Virus record (IMG/VR): IMGVR_UViG_3300005917_000001
From: an uncultured virus (IMG/VR IMGVR_UViG_3300005917_000001)
Lineage: Duplodnaviria > Heunggongvirae > Uroviricota > Caudoviricetes
Reading direction: 5' to 3' (one strand)
DNA: 64,000 nucleotides
The notes below the pieces were generated by a model. That model was given only the letters and a program-made list of their open reading frames with translations. It made no database searches and was not told where the DNA came from. Within the stretch, counting starts at the first letter, position 1, and each line of letters begins with the position of its first letter. Of this stretch, positions 18,801 through 28,712 are shown piece by piece. The translations under genes and the position numbers were made by a program.

Positions 18801-21800
18801 CGTCTCAAGATCCAGGCCCCTGGCCTCGGCCACAACACCTACTGCCCCTTTATTCTCCTCATAAATCTTAGTCAGAACAGCCTTGGCCCGGTCACCCAGA
18901 CCCGAAGCCACGCCGTCATGGAACGCCTCATGGACAAAGACATCGACCACATCCTGCTTGCTGTCCATAGCATCGGTAAACAGATAAATAGTCCGCTTCC
19001 CGGTCGCAGGATCAGTATCATACAACCCCCGCGTCAAAAAACCCGACGGCTCCTCCCGCCCTGCCTTGGCCCGCTCCGCCACATCAGCCGACAACTCAGC
19101 CTCAGAACCCAGCGTCACAATCTCATGAGCGCGAAGCCCCTTAAACACCTTGGAAAGTGATTCGGAAAGATCCTTAACAACAGGCCCGGATAGACCTTTG
19201 GGGGTCTTTGTGGAGGCTATGGACAGCCGCACATCACTCCCCAACCGGGCATCCCGTGCATCCTCTCCAAGCCGCCCGGCGCGGTATTGAGCAAGCTCAC
19301 CGTCGGCATACGACTTCCCCTTTTCCAATACATCTAAAAGGTTTAAGCTCCCGAGGTTTTCCTCTACCAGTCCCTGGACATACTGTTTTCGGGCAGTGCT
19401 GTCCGAATCGTTCTTTATAATCAGTGTCGAGGCGTTAATCTTTTCTGCGAGCTTAAGTATGTCAAGGGTGGTCTGCTGCATACTCCGGCCCTTGACAAAG
19501 GGTAGAAATGCAACCGGTACATTCTGCCCGGTTAACAGCAAGATCCCGTCCTCGTTATTCAGGCTTTGATTAAAAAAGGGTATTACCTGTGCAGAGCTTG
19601 TTAGCCCCGGGACCTGTGGCGCATAGGCCCTGCCAGTCCTGCGCCTTACCTTTTTAAGCAGGGTCTTTCGTAAAGCAGGTTTGATCCGCTTAGGGGTGCC
19701 GGTATCGGTAGGTGTGAAATCGAGGTATTTTTTACCAGTGATGATTATTGATTCAGTGGGGATCTTGGCAATTTTAAGGAGCCTGTTTATATCCTTGGTT
19801 ATGGCAACATCCGGGGAAGAAGTGGCCGGGTTATACGATGGATGGTTATGGGCAAAATAAACCTTGGCAACCCCGGGGACCTGGAGAGCGCGACCCACTA
19901 CAATATCAGAAAAGACAGTGCCGGCGGACCTGCCGCCCTTGCTATGCTCATGAATTTCAAGAATAGTGCCGTTCTCGTCAACGGCTACTGAGAGGAAATA
20001 TTCGTCTGGCTCGGTTCGGATCCGGGCGAGGAGGGTGGCGAGGTCTGCGGTGTTTGTAACCACGTTGCCTGCCGCTTTAATATTTCCGGAGGTCCGATAT
20101 TGCACACGTCCAGCACCGGGTAAGGCACGGCCTTCTTCTTTACCAGGCACAAGTGCAATTTCTTCGGGCTCGGTGTTTTCATAAATCGGTTGTTCATTTT
20201 GCGGTACCTCAACCCCCTCGTCAAAGAGGTCGATCTGTCCTTGTTCATTTTCAAATAACCCTCGTTGTCGTCCAACATTAGCGGGTTTTATACCTTTGTC
20301 AGCGGGAAATACCGGCTTTTTACCCTTCTTGGTGAGACCTTTCTTTTTGGCCTCATCCTGTGCCCGGGCTAATCTTTCCTTCTTGGTTAGTTCTTCCGGC
20401 TTTAAAAGAGGTTCTTCAGGTTTACCAAAGAGAGATTGCTGTTCTTTGAACCATATATCAAGCTCATCTATGGCGTCTTGGTCGTATTCTCCGTTTTTGG
20501 CTTTGCGTTCAGCTTCCGCATAAGCCTCTTCCAGCTCCTGATCCGCCTCTCTTTCGCCATCTCTTTCAGCTGCATCAATGTCATCTTCTGATTCCCCCGC
20601 TTCGCGTTCACGGTCCTTTTGCCTTATATACTCATCCTCCTGCAATTTGTCAAGGTGTTCTTCACTTTCATAGTCAGAGAGCTTCTCCGTGGGATTGTTT
20701 TCGATATATTCTATCAGATCATCTTCCGTGGCATCTTGCGGCAGCCATCCCGCCTCGATCATAGCCAGGGTCATCTCATCGGTCCCGAGACCGGTCTTAT
20801 TATTCAGTATGGATATAGAGACCCCGCCGGGGCCTTTGGTGATATCCCTGATCTCGCCCTTATAACTCATACGGGTTGTTCTCAGCCCCCCTGCGTGTTT
20901 AACGGCGGTCTGGAAATCCGGGGCATCCCGCAACAACTCCCTGCGATGCGCCGTAGCCTTTTCCTCTTCAAGAATCAGCCTTGCATCCCCGGTCGGCTTT
21001 TCAGCCTTCTCCTGCCATATATACCCGTCACCCTCTTTGATTAAATCGTAGTCAAACTCTGACTTCTTGGCCTTTTTCAAACCCGCCGCCGCAGACTTCT
21101 CCGTCTTAAAAGGCTTATCTGTTTTAGTCCGGATTACGGCAGGCTCTGCCGCTTCCTTCTGACCACTGACCACTGACTCCTGACCACTGACCACTGCCTC
21201 CTGACCACTGACCACTGCCTCCTGACCACTTTCTTTTTTTTCTGCCCCTATCTTATCGTTCACCCCTTTAAGCAGCTCAAATCTCCCATACCCCTCCGGT
21301 AACTCCACCTCCAGTGCCCCTGCCATCTGCTCTAAATCCACCGTCCGCAGATCCTCGGGCACAAACTCATCAGACAGCGCCATCTCCCACAACTCCGCCC
21401 GCTCCTCTTCGGTAAGAGGAGGGACCTCCGGACCGGGGGTGGCGCCCTGATCCGGAGGCGTTGGAGGGATGACCGCTGCCGGAGGGGGTGAGGTCTCCGG
21501 CGGGACGATATCAGGTAAAACCGCTTCGCCCTCCCGCTGTTCTTCCGTTCCACGTGGAACACCCGCCTGCGAACGCCTGGCACTGGCGGGCAGGTCCAAT
21601 CTTTCCTCGATCGGCGTCTCCAAAAGCGTCTCAAGCGCTATCCCTTCCGCCCCAATCTCTTTTATCTCCGTCTGCGCATCACCTACTGGATTCTGGATAC
21701 TGGATTCTGGATGCTGGATACTGGATTCTGGATGCTGGATACTGGATTCTGGATGCTGGATGCTGGATACTGGATGCTGGATACTGGATTCTGGATGCTG

Positions 21801-23036
21801 GATACTGGATTCTGCCTCGCCTACCTCATCCACCTGCCCGGTATCCGCCCCCATCCCCTGGCCGTCATCGACCGGCTTTTCCGCCTCGCGCCCTACGCCT
21901 GTCGCCATAGACATCCCGCCCCCGGCTATTCCGGCGGGAAGAAATACCGTTGCCGCCTGCTTCATGGAGTCCGAAAACATTTCTTTCCACTCTTCAGGAA
22001 CGGGTTTGCCTTGTATTATTTTCGCTGCAAGTTGTGACGCCACTTCCGCGGGCTCTTCCAGTGCTTCGGTAGTGCCTTCAGTCAAGAAATTCACTAAAGC
22101 CTTGCCGCCTTTAGCCATTAACCCCTGACCGGCATGTTGCATCAACTTACCCACAGAAAAAGCGTTCAAGGCAAACACCGCGGGAGCAAACAAACCGGCC
22201 GCAAGGGTCGCTTCCTCGTGGCTACCGGTTTGCTTTAAAACATTCTGGTAAGTTGCGGTTGCTTCAAGCCCTACTCCAATGGCGCCTCCCGTCATTTTAG
22301 CCCCTATGTCTGCGAGACTTTTTATAAGGGCAGGGGCCATCTTGGTGGCCTTTCCTGCTGTAGTGATTATTTTATGGGCTTGCATGGAAGGTAAAATCAT
22401 AGCCCCAAGGTCTGTACCAAACTCCGCAAGCGTTCCGGCCCACCAGGAAGCGTCTTTAAGTATTTCAGGATTATCTATTGCATTCTTTCCCTTAAACTTT
22501 TCAGCTTGTTCAAGACCCCATTCCTTCTGTTTCCGCTGAAGGAATTCTACATTGCCTTCAGCCCACTCAGCGATTTTTCCACCTGCATCGGCAACACCTA
22601 ACTTTCGCTCCAACCAGCCGCTTTCGGCCTGTTTTCCGAGCCATTGCAATCCCGTATTTGCGGCCTCATTCCATCGCAGCGCCGCCCTTCCAACACCTTT
22701 CGCGGCTTCGGTCAGTGCGCCAGGGCTTGCCTCTTCTACCCTCTTCATCCGTTCGGCCCCGTACCGTTCCAAGTCCTCGAGGACCGGATAGTTATTCGGG
22801 GCCTCCTTCCATTCCCCTATCTCATCGATCCCGGCCTGCAGGAGCTTCGAATCCCGGTCGGGATTATCCCGGATCAGCTCCTTGCCCCGCTGCGAGATAA
22901 ACCCAAACCGCTCCTCGGGCGTATAAGTATGGGCCTTGGGCCTTTGCGGGCGCGCCAATGAGGCTAACAGCCGCTCGTCCTTCTCCTGCTCCTGACGTAT
23001 AAACCCCGCAATATCAGCTAAATTTGAAGATGGCAT
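15846..23036 (-). CDS. Giant polyvalent/internal virion (injection) protein
   Basis: 2396 aa; JAB/RadC-like HNHPS...SSPD, metallopeptidase-like HEAFH...EE, helical LPD-like C-terminus. Confidence 0.8.
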   Translation of the reverse strand: MPSSNLADIAGFIRQEQEKDERLLASLARPQRPKAHTYTPEERFGFISQRGKELIRDNPDRDSKLLQAGIDEIGEWKEAPNNYPVLEDLERYGAERMKRVEEASPGALTEAAKGVGRAALRWNEAANTGLQWLGKQAESGWLERKLGVADAGGKIAEWAEGNVEFLQRKQKEWGLEQAEKFKGKNAIDNPEILKDASWWAGTLAEFGTDLGAMILPSMQAHKIITTAGKATKMAPALIKSLADIGAKMTGGAIGVGLEATATYQNVLKQTGSHEEATLAAGLFAPAVFALNAFSVGKLMQHAGQGLMAKGGKALVNFLTEGTTEALEEPAEVASQLAAKIIQGKPVPEEWKEMFSDSMKQAATVFLPAGIAGGGMSMATGVGREAEKPVDDGQGMGADTGQVDEVGEAESSIQHPESSIQHPVSSIQHPESSIQHPESSIQHPESSIQNPVGDAQTEIKEIGAEGIALETLLETPIEERLDLPASARRSQAGVPRGTEEQREGEAVLPDIVPPETSPPPAAVIPPTPPDQGATPGPEVPPLTEEERAELWEMALSDEFVPEDLRTVDLEQMAGALEVELPEGYGRFELLKGVNDKIGAEKKESGQEAVVSGQEAVVSGQESVVSGQKEAAEPAVIRTKTDKPFKTEKSAAAGLKKAKKSEFDYDLIKEGDGYIWQEKAEKPTGDARLILEEEKATAHRRELLRDAPDFQTAVKHAGGLRTTRMSYKGEIRDITKGPGGVSISILNNKTGLGTDEMTLAMIEAGWLPQDATEDDLIEYIENNPTEKLSDYESEEHLDKLQEDEYIRQKDREREAGESEDDIDAAERDGEREADQELEEAYAEAERKAKNGEYDQDAIDELDIWFKEQQSLFGKPEEPLLKPEELTKKERLARAQDEAKKKGLTKKGKKPVFPADKGIKPANVGRQRGLFENEQGQIDLFDEGVEVPQNEQPIYENTEPEEIALVPGKEEGRALPGAGRVQYRTSGNIKAAGNVVTNTADLATLLARIRTEPDEYFLSVAVDENGTILEIHEHSKGGRSAGTVFSDIVVGRALQVPGVAKVYFAHNHPSYNPATSSPDVAITKDINRLLKIAKIPTESIIITGKKYLDFTPTDTGTPKRIKPALRKTLLKKVRRRTGRAYAPQVPGLTSSAQVIPFFNQSLNNEDGILLLTGQNVPVAFLPFVKGRSMQQTTLDILKLAEKINASTLIIKNDSDSTARKQYVQGLVEENLGSLNLLDVLEKGKSYADGELAQYRAGRLGEDARDARLGSDVRLSIASTKTPKGLSGPVVKDLSESLSKVFKGLRAHEIVTLGSEAELSADVAERAKAGREEPSGFLTRGLYDTDPATGKRTIYLFTDAMDSKQDVVDVFVHEAFHDGVASGLGDRAKAVLTKIYEENKGAVGVVAEARGLDLETEKGRAEAAEEWVVEGMVNDTLPKTVWDRIIRAVKAMLRKAGINVRYGYREIGLGTKYREGDIRGVIREAVVGREEQRGKRQTPITIDERRGKRQTPITNEKKKGIRKEGKPKPASVAGLTGDRDAKRSALRRFWGHFKEFWKPFSTVPEGDEALFARYEGMGAAARALRYIDKIHEKLDAFPDEVKKDLFRFMDGQIDENLLPEEARSLAVALKEKTTVIGQMLVDRGIISQESFDKMKGHYVHYMYAYHILGDKVGAVTTSTGKLNLSYAKQRKDLTADQKKALGLIEDASIAIPVGMGKALTDIAKFDYLEKIAANDKWVWTPSMVEVPRWPGRKGQKTTVKMGIGKLIEEVDKYKEMMEKSPSEEIKKKRDYLQAALDKAIEDTKNVPGDYTQLPTTKSYGPLAGAFVQTPIAKDVMPVVAFYSDKGKVWETLGRIETEGMALFKMGKVALNFPTAFRNVISNIMQNNMRGRPLLSVMFKDIPAALKSATAKDEYYEEAFSHGIFNTSWAQTEINDVLDEVRKAQAAGGGYHNALMLIKRLARWYGKIDDFSKHAIFLQMRKAGHTVDESVLEAMKWGMDYSLASRSVKSARKHYIPFASYQYKIAPLIAESLKKRPWVILKFMAVPFAMEALTRSMFDLDDDDWDDLEKQLPAYIKKSASMMILPRKTPEGQWQWVNAEYFFPWGNWLNLGRDVSDRDAGEIFKGLGISNPYLDVAWMIKSAVRDQPPQHPFYGTPLYNKLDPAPMKAAKVVQFLAFTWMPSMLSPDKGALGYSIKAVEGKKDKWDKKVTPGQAFARWFGFNIVAVSPSQTRAIAAVNVQDLRKELYRIKNDPQKSDEQKAAAEQRYRERLAEIAETGASGAILPIVKKKGKDPVYETLIRMLKQGASLPGPAGRTFSWGGVKHKMGNDQYENYLERTSNMARPRLERLMSASGWANRREEWKERMIKRIVAGARKRARSEMKRRMGRTARSQKSEVGSQ
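21159..21228. repeat. In-frame heptamer array (SGQEAVV repeats)
   Basis: 10 units of CTGACCA/CTGCCTC/CTGACTC. Confidence 0.85.
21546..21561. promoter_or_regulatory. parS-like palindrome
   Basis: CGTTCCACGTGGAACA, 15/16 match to TGTTCCACGTGGAACA. Confidence 0.5.
21562..21594. repeat. 33-bp CCTG-hairpin element inserted in frame
   Basis: cccgcctgcgaacgcctggcactggcgggcagg; variant of the intergenic copies. Confidence 0.85.
21686..21811. repeat. In-frame heptamer array (SSIQHPE repeats)
   Basis: 18 CTGGATN units, 126 bp. Confidence 0.9.
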
Positions 23037-23060
23037 GGTCTCTCTCTAAGGAAGTCTACC

Positions 23061-24032
23061 CTATCTATATAATAGATCATGAGGTTGGCCTTTGGGCCAC
23101 AACCCCTCAATCAATTTACTCAACCAGGCGAGTCCTTTCTCTTTCGTGCTCTCCGCAGAAGACGCCCGGGTCTTGCCGGGTCTTGCGCTTGCCGCTTTCA
23201 GTGCCTTTGCTATTTCGGCTACGCTTACCTCGGGTTTCCGGGCAGTCTGCGCAACCTCGCGCAATGGCGGCTTATAGCTTTCAGCCTCATAATCCGGCCC
23301 GCCACCCCCAGGTGTATCATAATCTCCACCATATGGGGTTTGCTCAGCCGGCGGCGTAAAACGTTCATTCGCTCGGGCGCCTTCAATTTGCTCCCTTATC
23401 CTTGCGCCTAACCCCGGATCATATTCACCCGGCGCACTATACGTTCCCGGCGGAGCCATCCGGGGATCCCGGCGCTCCCCCTCTCGTAACGGCGGAACCG
23501 TAATCCCACCGCCACCGGACCTACGCGCAGCCGGCGCCGCATCTCTCAACGCCGGCGCTGCAGGCGGCTGAAACTGCTCCCCGCCCAATAATGCCGGCGC
23601 AGCCAGCGGCTCCCCGGTATGCGGCAGGGTTGCAATCTCTCCCTGCCCTTCATTTCCCGTTATGAGCGGGGGGTTTAGGAATGGATCTCTCTCTTTTATA
23701 TCCAACTCCCTCTTCTTCAGTTCTATATCCGCCCGGTCCTTTGCCGTCATCCCCCGTCCGGCAATATCGCTCAAGCTCTTTGCCCGTATCCGCTCACGCA
23801 GTATCCCGCCTTTGCCGTACTTTCCATACAAGGCTTGACGGGTTCTCTTATCGTTAAAAGCCTGGGCATCCGCTGCTGATCCCCCACTAAAACTCATCAT
23901 GGGTCTTGCCCCCGCCGTAGGCCCTCCCGTGTAGCCCTGGCCCTGGGGCTGACGAATACGTTCCAATATCGCCTTTCGAATAGCTCCTGCAAACTGCTTA
24001 CGTTCTAAATTGTCTATTGCTGATGTTGCCAT
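23061..24032 (-). CDS. Internal virion protein candidate
   Basis: G/A/P-rich ORF immediately upstream of the giant protein. Confidence 0.55.
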   Translation of the reverse strand: MATSAIDNLERKQFAGAIRKAILERIRQPQGQGYTGGPTAGARPMMSFSGGSAADAQAFNDKRTRQALYGKYGKGGILRERIRAKSLSDIAGRGMTAKDRADIELKKRELDIKERDPFLNPPLITGNEGQGEIATLPHTGEPLAAPALLGGEQFQPPAAPALRDAAPAARRSGGGGITVPPLREGERRDPRMAPPGTYSAPGEYDPGLGARIREQIEGARANERFTPPAEQTPYGGDYDTPGGGGPDYEAESYKPPLREVAQTARKPEVSVAEIAKALKAASARPGKTRASSAESTKEKGLAWLSKLIEGLWPKGQPHDLLYR

Positions 24033-24050
24033 TTTCCTATCCCCCAGATG

Positions 24051-24131
24051 TTAAAAGATTTTCTCTCACAGAGATCACAGAGTTTTTAATTTATAAATCT
24101 TTTCTCTGTGCCCTCTGTGCCTCTGTGAGAT
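24051..24131. repeat. CACAGAG palindrome without insert
   Basis: ctctcacagagatcacagag...ctctgtgccctctgtgcctctgtgagat. Confidence 0.9.
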
Positions 24132-24139
24132 ACCCTTTT

Positions 24140-25525
24140 TTAACCTCCCACACTGCTACCTGAACTTTCGTAGAACCCTGCAGGCACAATAACCCAATCT
24201 TCCGTCAGCGCCTCCCCGGTATCCAATAAACTCAAATTCTTCCAGTTGAAATTGGCAGGCTCCCCAATATCCGACACCGGACCGATATATCCGCCACTAT
24301 CCCCGCTGCCTTCTCTCCACGTCTTGAGCAGGCCCACACGTTCATCAACCTCGTATTCCAGAAAATCAGAACTCTTGACAATAATTTCCTCGTTCTTGGC
24401 CCAAATCTTATATCTGTTGCCGACCTCTCCGTCTTCTGGTTCAATAACCTCTTTAACGATCCCGGATGTATAAAACTCCGTCTCTACCCAATGCCCTGAA
24501 TATACAATAGGAGCTGTTTCTTGGTTCCACCAGCAATGTAAAGGCCATGGTCTGCATAGCAATCCGCAAAACTCACCAGGGACTATCTCGGTATTGTCTT
24601 TTTTGATCCAATACCTTAGCCAGTAGTGATAAGGCGGTTGGTCAGTACCGGCTCCCTCTGCAAATTTTTCAACCACAGAATCATCATCTATAATATAGCC
24701 CTTGTTCATCATCATTTCGCCGCAAGTCTCTTTCTTATTGAGGTCAAAGGGTGGAAGTATCTCGCCCCCCTCGATAGTCTCATTTTGAGCACCAATAGGG
24801 ACAACCCTGGTGCTTAATCCACTTGCAAGTGAGGATTCGGTCGCCAAGCTGATACGCCACATTACCCCAAGAGGCCCTACGGGAAAAGCAATATAGCCGG
24901 CATAACCGTCACCATCGGGAGCTTTAGGGCCGTTTGAATAATATTCGGCACTGTTCCCGGTAAGCCATGTTTCAAACCGTGCCTCTTTTATTGCATACTG
25001 GTGACTTCTCGTCCCTAAATTAATGCGGCCGGACGTCATGCTTGCAAATAAAGTAGTACCCACTGTCCCGCCTGAACGCGGATAGATAAAAACATTAGGA
25101 TCAACATTCTCTACCGGAGGAATTAAAGGTTTAGCTTGGTCAACTTCTTCAAAGAACCCGGCCATCTTTTCCATTGATTCTTCAACACTTTTTCCACCAA
25201 ACTTTAAAACATTTCCAGCCCCGAACACGTACCAAATATCATAGTCAATAGGTGCGCCTAAACCAACTCTGACTGGGTTATTCTTATCCCCAAAGTTTAA
25301 CGTCCGATCTCCTGGAGCATAAGTAAGCCTGTCACCCATAAACCCTAAGTCAATGCTTTCCCATAGAGCCTTAACCCGGGCTGCAATCATACCAACAATA
25401 TTGGCCCCCCCAGGCATTTGTGTCTTCATGGCAAGAAGATAGTCGTAAAACGGATTACGAACGCCTAAGTACTCTTCTAATTGAGCTTCAGTTTCAGACA
25501 AATAATTGCCAAAATAATTCAGCAT
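24140..25525 (-). CDS. Hypothetical virion protein
   Basis: 461-aa ORF in the late operon. Confidence 0.7.
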   Translation of the reverse strand: MLNYFGNYLSETEAQLEEYLGVRNPFYDYLLAMKTQMPGGANIVGMIAARVKALWESIDLGFMGDRLTYAPGDRTLNFGDKNNPVRVGLGAPIDYDIWYVFGAGNVLKFGGKSVEESMEKMAGFFEEVDQAKPLIPPVENVDPNVFIYPRSGGTVGTTLFASMTSGRINLGTRSHQYAIKEARFETWLTGNSAEYYSNGPKAPDGDGYAGYIAFPVGPLGVMWRISLATESSLASGLSTRVVPIGAQNETIEGGEILPPFDLNKKETCGEMMMNKGYIIDDDSVVEKFAEGAGTDQPPYHYWLRYWIKKDNTEIVPGEFCGLLCRPWPLHCWWNQETAPIVYSGHWVETEFYTSGIVKEVIEPEDGEVGNRYKIWAKNEEIIVKSSDFLEYEVDERVGLLKTWREGSGDSGGYIGPVSDIGEPANFNWKNLSLLDTGEALTEDWVIVPAGFYESSGSSVGG

Positions 25526-25527
25526 AA

Positions 25528-26883
25528 TTATCCTATAGAATGAGTTAGTGTATTTACTATATTTGCATCAGCTATGTTTTGCGCTGCGGTAATGGCTGCA
25601 TCTGCAAGGAGTTGAACCTCTTCAGTCCTTATAGCGTGGATTCTAATTCTATCGTTAGCATCTCCAACCTTACTAACTTTGACTTCATCAACCAAATCTC
25701 TTTTCGTATCAAAAGCATTTACTTTTATATCCTTTAAGTTGTCTTCAAAATCGGTTTCTTTTTCGCTTACTCCTATGTCAAAATCATGTTTAGCTTGATC
25801 ATGCTCTATAATCTTACCATCCAATGTCTCTTGCTCGATCTTCTGGTCATCTATGAAAATTGTTTCATCCGTTACGTTGTCCTCTTGTGATTTTATAAGA
25901 TCCTTTTCTTTTACCAATAAGTTATTCTCTGCCTGGACTATCCTTTTGTCAGCCCTGGCAATGGTTTTTTCACTATCCACCAATGCCAACCTCGCAGTAT
26001 CAGCTTCAATCTTAGATATTTCTGCATCAATTTGAGACTTTTTAGCATCTGTTTCTACAATCTGTAGACCTGTCTCTGCAACTCGGACAGCAACCCCTTT
26101 CGTATCACTTTTGATACGTTCCCCAGCGGCCCGCGACTTGCTTAGTCCTATACCAGCATTGGTAATATCAAGATCCACACCGAATTCCTTAACCTCTGTT
26201 TCAGATACTTCTATGCCTACCTCATCAACCTTAATCCCGGCCTCTGTAATCTGACGGTCGGTATCGGTTTGGTCAATTCCCGCCTGTGTGATGGCGAGTT
26301 GAATGTCAAGACCTTTAAGCCCTGCCTCTATCACAGCAAGATCAGCCTTAGCGGCTCTCAATTCCTGCTCTGTAATGTCCACATCAACAAGAGACTGCGC
26401 CACATCCTCAAGCTCGGTCCTCATTTCAAGGTCTTTTATCTTCTGTGTTGCCTTGTCCCAGGCTAACTGGACCTTGGCCTGCATGGTCGTAATGGCTTCA
26501 TAATCGGCATCAAGGGCTGCCGTCTTCGCGTCATACTCATCATCTAAGGCATCTATCTTCTTGTCTCTCGTTATCAGGTTCTCATCGTGGATCTGGCCCT
26601 CTATCCGTTCCACATACCGCCTGGCCGCAACATCAAGGGCAAGCTGCGCCTCATCATTGGTAATCTGAGCAATGGCAACGGTGTAATTATCAACCAACCG
26701 CGCAAGATCTTCTGTTTCGATCTCGTTCAGGTAATTATGTCCATAAAGGTAGGTGTTCGCATAGAGCCCAAATATGATAGTTCTCTCAGCGTCATGGACG
26801 GTGTTGAAAGGCCCGTTATACTCAAACGGGTTCCAGATGATTGATTCCCGTGCCTGTCCTCTTTCATAGATTGTGGATGTCAT
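25528..26883 (-). CDS. Coiled-coil virion protein
   Basis: Heptad-rich; C-terminus resembles that of 27117..28529. Confidence 0.7.
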   Translation of the reverse strand: MTSTIYERGQARESIIWNPFEYNGPFNTVHDAERTIIFGLYANTYLYGHNYLNEIETEDLARLVDNYTVAIAQITNDEAQLALDVAARRYVERIEGQIHDENLITRDKKIDALDDEYDAKTAALDADYEAITTMQAKVQLAWDKATQKIKDLEMRTELEDVAQSLVDVDITEQELRAAKADLAVIEAGLKGLDIQLAITQAGIDQTDTDRQITEAGIKVDEVGIEVSETEVKEFGVDLDITNAGIGLSKSRAAGERIKSDTKGVAVRVAETGLQIVETDAKKSQIDAEISKIEADTARLALVDSEKTIARADKRIVQAENNLLVKEKDLIKSQEDNVTDETIFIDDQKIEQETLDGKIIEHDQAKHDFDIGVSEKETDFEDNLKDIKVNAFDTKRDLVDEVKVSKVGDANDRIRIHAIRTEEVQLLADAAITAAQNIADANIVNTLTHSIG

Positions 26884-26896
26884 GTCGGCCTCCGGC

Positions 26897-27100
26897 CGGA
26901 TACTAGATACTGGATACTGGATACTGGTTACTGGATGCTGGTTACTGGATGCTGGTTACTGGATACTGGATACTGGTTATTCGTTATTCGTTATTAGTTA
27001 TTTGTAAAAACTCTGTGTCCTCTGTGTCCTCTGTGAGAGACAATCTTTTGACCTTCGCCGTTCCTGCTGCGCCTTCGCCGTTCCTGCTGCGAGAGACTTT
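26897..27100. repeat. Composite intergenic module (CTGG heptamers, TTAT heptamers, CTCTGTG arm, CCTTCGCCGTTCCTGCTGCG repeats)
   Basis: Same order of parts as 36150-36456. Confidence 0.9.
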
Positions 27101-27116
27101 TTCCCTTGCGCCTTAT

Positions 27117-28529
27117 TTATGCCAATAAATGAACTAACTCACTCGTCAATTCTGCATTGGCCGCTATGTCTGCGGTATCTGTTTTTTCTCTTATTCGGGC
27201 TCGCGCAATTTTAATAACGGCGATTCTTTCTGCATCAAACTCAATATCGTTTACCTCTGATGTAGTTTCAAAACCAACTTGAGCGTCATAAAGATCAAGG
27301 TCTATCTGGCCACTTGTCAACGCACTCTCCCTTGTTATCTTGGCATTGAAAGAAGTTTCACGCTCCGCAAGCATCAAAGCCGCATTTTTTATATTCTGAG
27401 TCATTAAATCGCTTTTTCCGGTCATTCTGGCAATTTCAAGGTTAATCTTGGCCTCCTGTAAATCCAACTTTAGATCATTCAGGTCTACCTTGGCATCTAT
27501 GATGTCACCCTTCTTGTCTACTCTAAGCTCCATTTCGGACGAAATCTGTTCTTTAATGGTGGCAATGGCGTCTTTGACTATTACCCAAGCGTCAAGTTCA
27601 GCGGTATAGGCAATCAAGGCTGAAGACTTGTTATGGATATAAGGGATTAGGGCTTTCTTGGCCGTGATAAGAGATTGCTTTTCAGCATCCAGACCAGTTA
27701 GTGATTGTATGTATAAGTTAAGATATCCCACATTAAGTGTTTCCTGACCAGACACAAGCTCTTTCGCGTCTATTAAACCTTCCCGCTTTACCACAAGGGC
27801 CTGTTTTGCCGCTATCAGGGTAACTATGGCATCGGCTATCAGCTCCCTGGCATCTATCAGGTCTTCCCGTTTGTCGTTCAGGATTTCCTTTTCAGTGATA
27901 AGGGCGGTCTTCCGGTCTGCGTTATCCTCTTCCGCGTCTATAATAAGCTGCTGTTTCTCAAGCACCGTCTCGATGTAGGGTATGACTTCGAGTTTCTTCC
28001 GTCCGGCTGCAAGCCTGGCCGCAAGTAACGCATCTTCAGCCGGGAAGGTTGACTGATCCACCGTGGTCATTTCCTGTCTGAGTTCTTCCATATCAATATC
28101 AATGGCGGTCTTTGCGGCCATAAGAACGAGCTTTCTTAGATTCGTGGTAATCTCAAGACGGTCAAGCTCCTGGTCGTCCATGTCCCGCACTTTCTTATTA
28201 TCAGCAAAATCCTGTTGTAAGGTAGTGAGAGCAGTAGCCTTTTCGAGTTCCCAGGCTATCATGGCCTCTTTGACTGCTATGTCGTAATCGTGACCGGTCT
28301 GGGCCAATTCGCGCTCGATCGCCGCCGTGACAATCTGATAATTAAGATCCGATAGCCCGGTCTTGGCATTGAGTTCAATGGACGTGATCGCCTCCCCGAG
28401 AAACCCCGGGCGGTACAGTATCCCCCGGCCGGCCACAACATCCTCAGCCTGTTTCTGCTCGGACAGGTACTTGTCGATAATGGGCCGCTTACCCCGGTAC
28501 CATAAGTTGTCTTCCATCGCTTTCGTCAT
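27117..28529 (-). CDS. Coiled-coil virion protein
   Basis: Heptad-rich, 470 aa. Confidence 0.7.
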   Translation of the reverse strand: MTKAMEDNLWYRGKRPIIDKYLSEQKQAEDVVAGRGILYRPGFLGEAITSIELNAKTGLSDLNYQIVTAAIERELAQTGHDYDIAVKEAMIAWELEKATALTTLQQDFADNKKVRDMDDQELDRLEITTNLRKLVLMAAKTAIDIDMEELRQEMTTVDQSTFPAEDALLAARLAAGRKKLEVIPYIETVLEKQQLIIDAEEDNADRKTALITEKEILNDKREDLIDARELIADAIVTLIAAKQALVVKREGLIDAKELVSGQETLNVGYLNLYIQSLTGLDAEKQSLITAKKALIPYIHNKSSALIAYTAELDAWVIVKDAIATIKEQISSEMELRVDKKGDIIDAKVDLNDLKLDLQEAKINLEIARMTGKSDLMTQNIKNAALMLAERETSFNAKITRESALTSGQIDLDLYDAQVGFETTSEVNDIEFDAERIAVIKIARARIREKTDTADIAANAELTSELVHLLA

Positions 28530-28532
28530 AAT

Positions 28533-28707
28533 TATCTCTCACAGAGCCCACAGAGGGCACAGAGTTTAAAAGATTGTCTCTCACAGAGGACACAGAGAAC
28601 ACAGAGTTTTTAATTTTAAAAGATTTTCTCTCACAGAGCCCACAGAGACCACAGGGTTTCTAATTTATAAATCTTTTCTCTGTGTCCTCTGTGCCTCTGT
28701 GAGAGAC
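28533..28707. repeat. CACAGAG palindrome with three left arms
   Basis: Three ctctcacagag..cacagag arms and one ctctgtg arm. Confidence 0.9.
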
Positions 28708-28712
28708 TTTTT

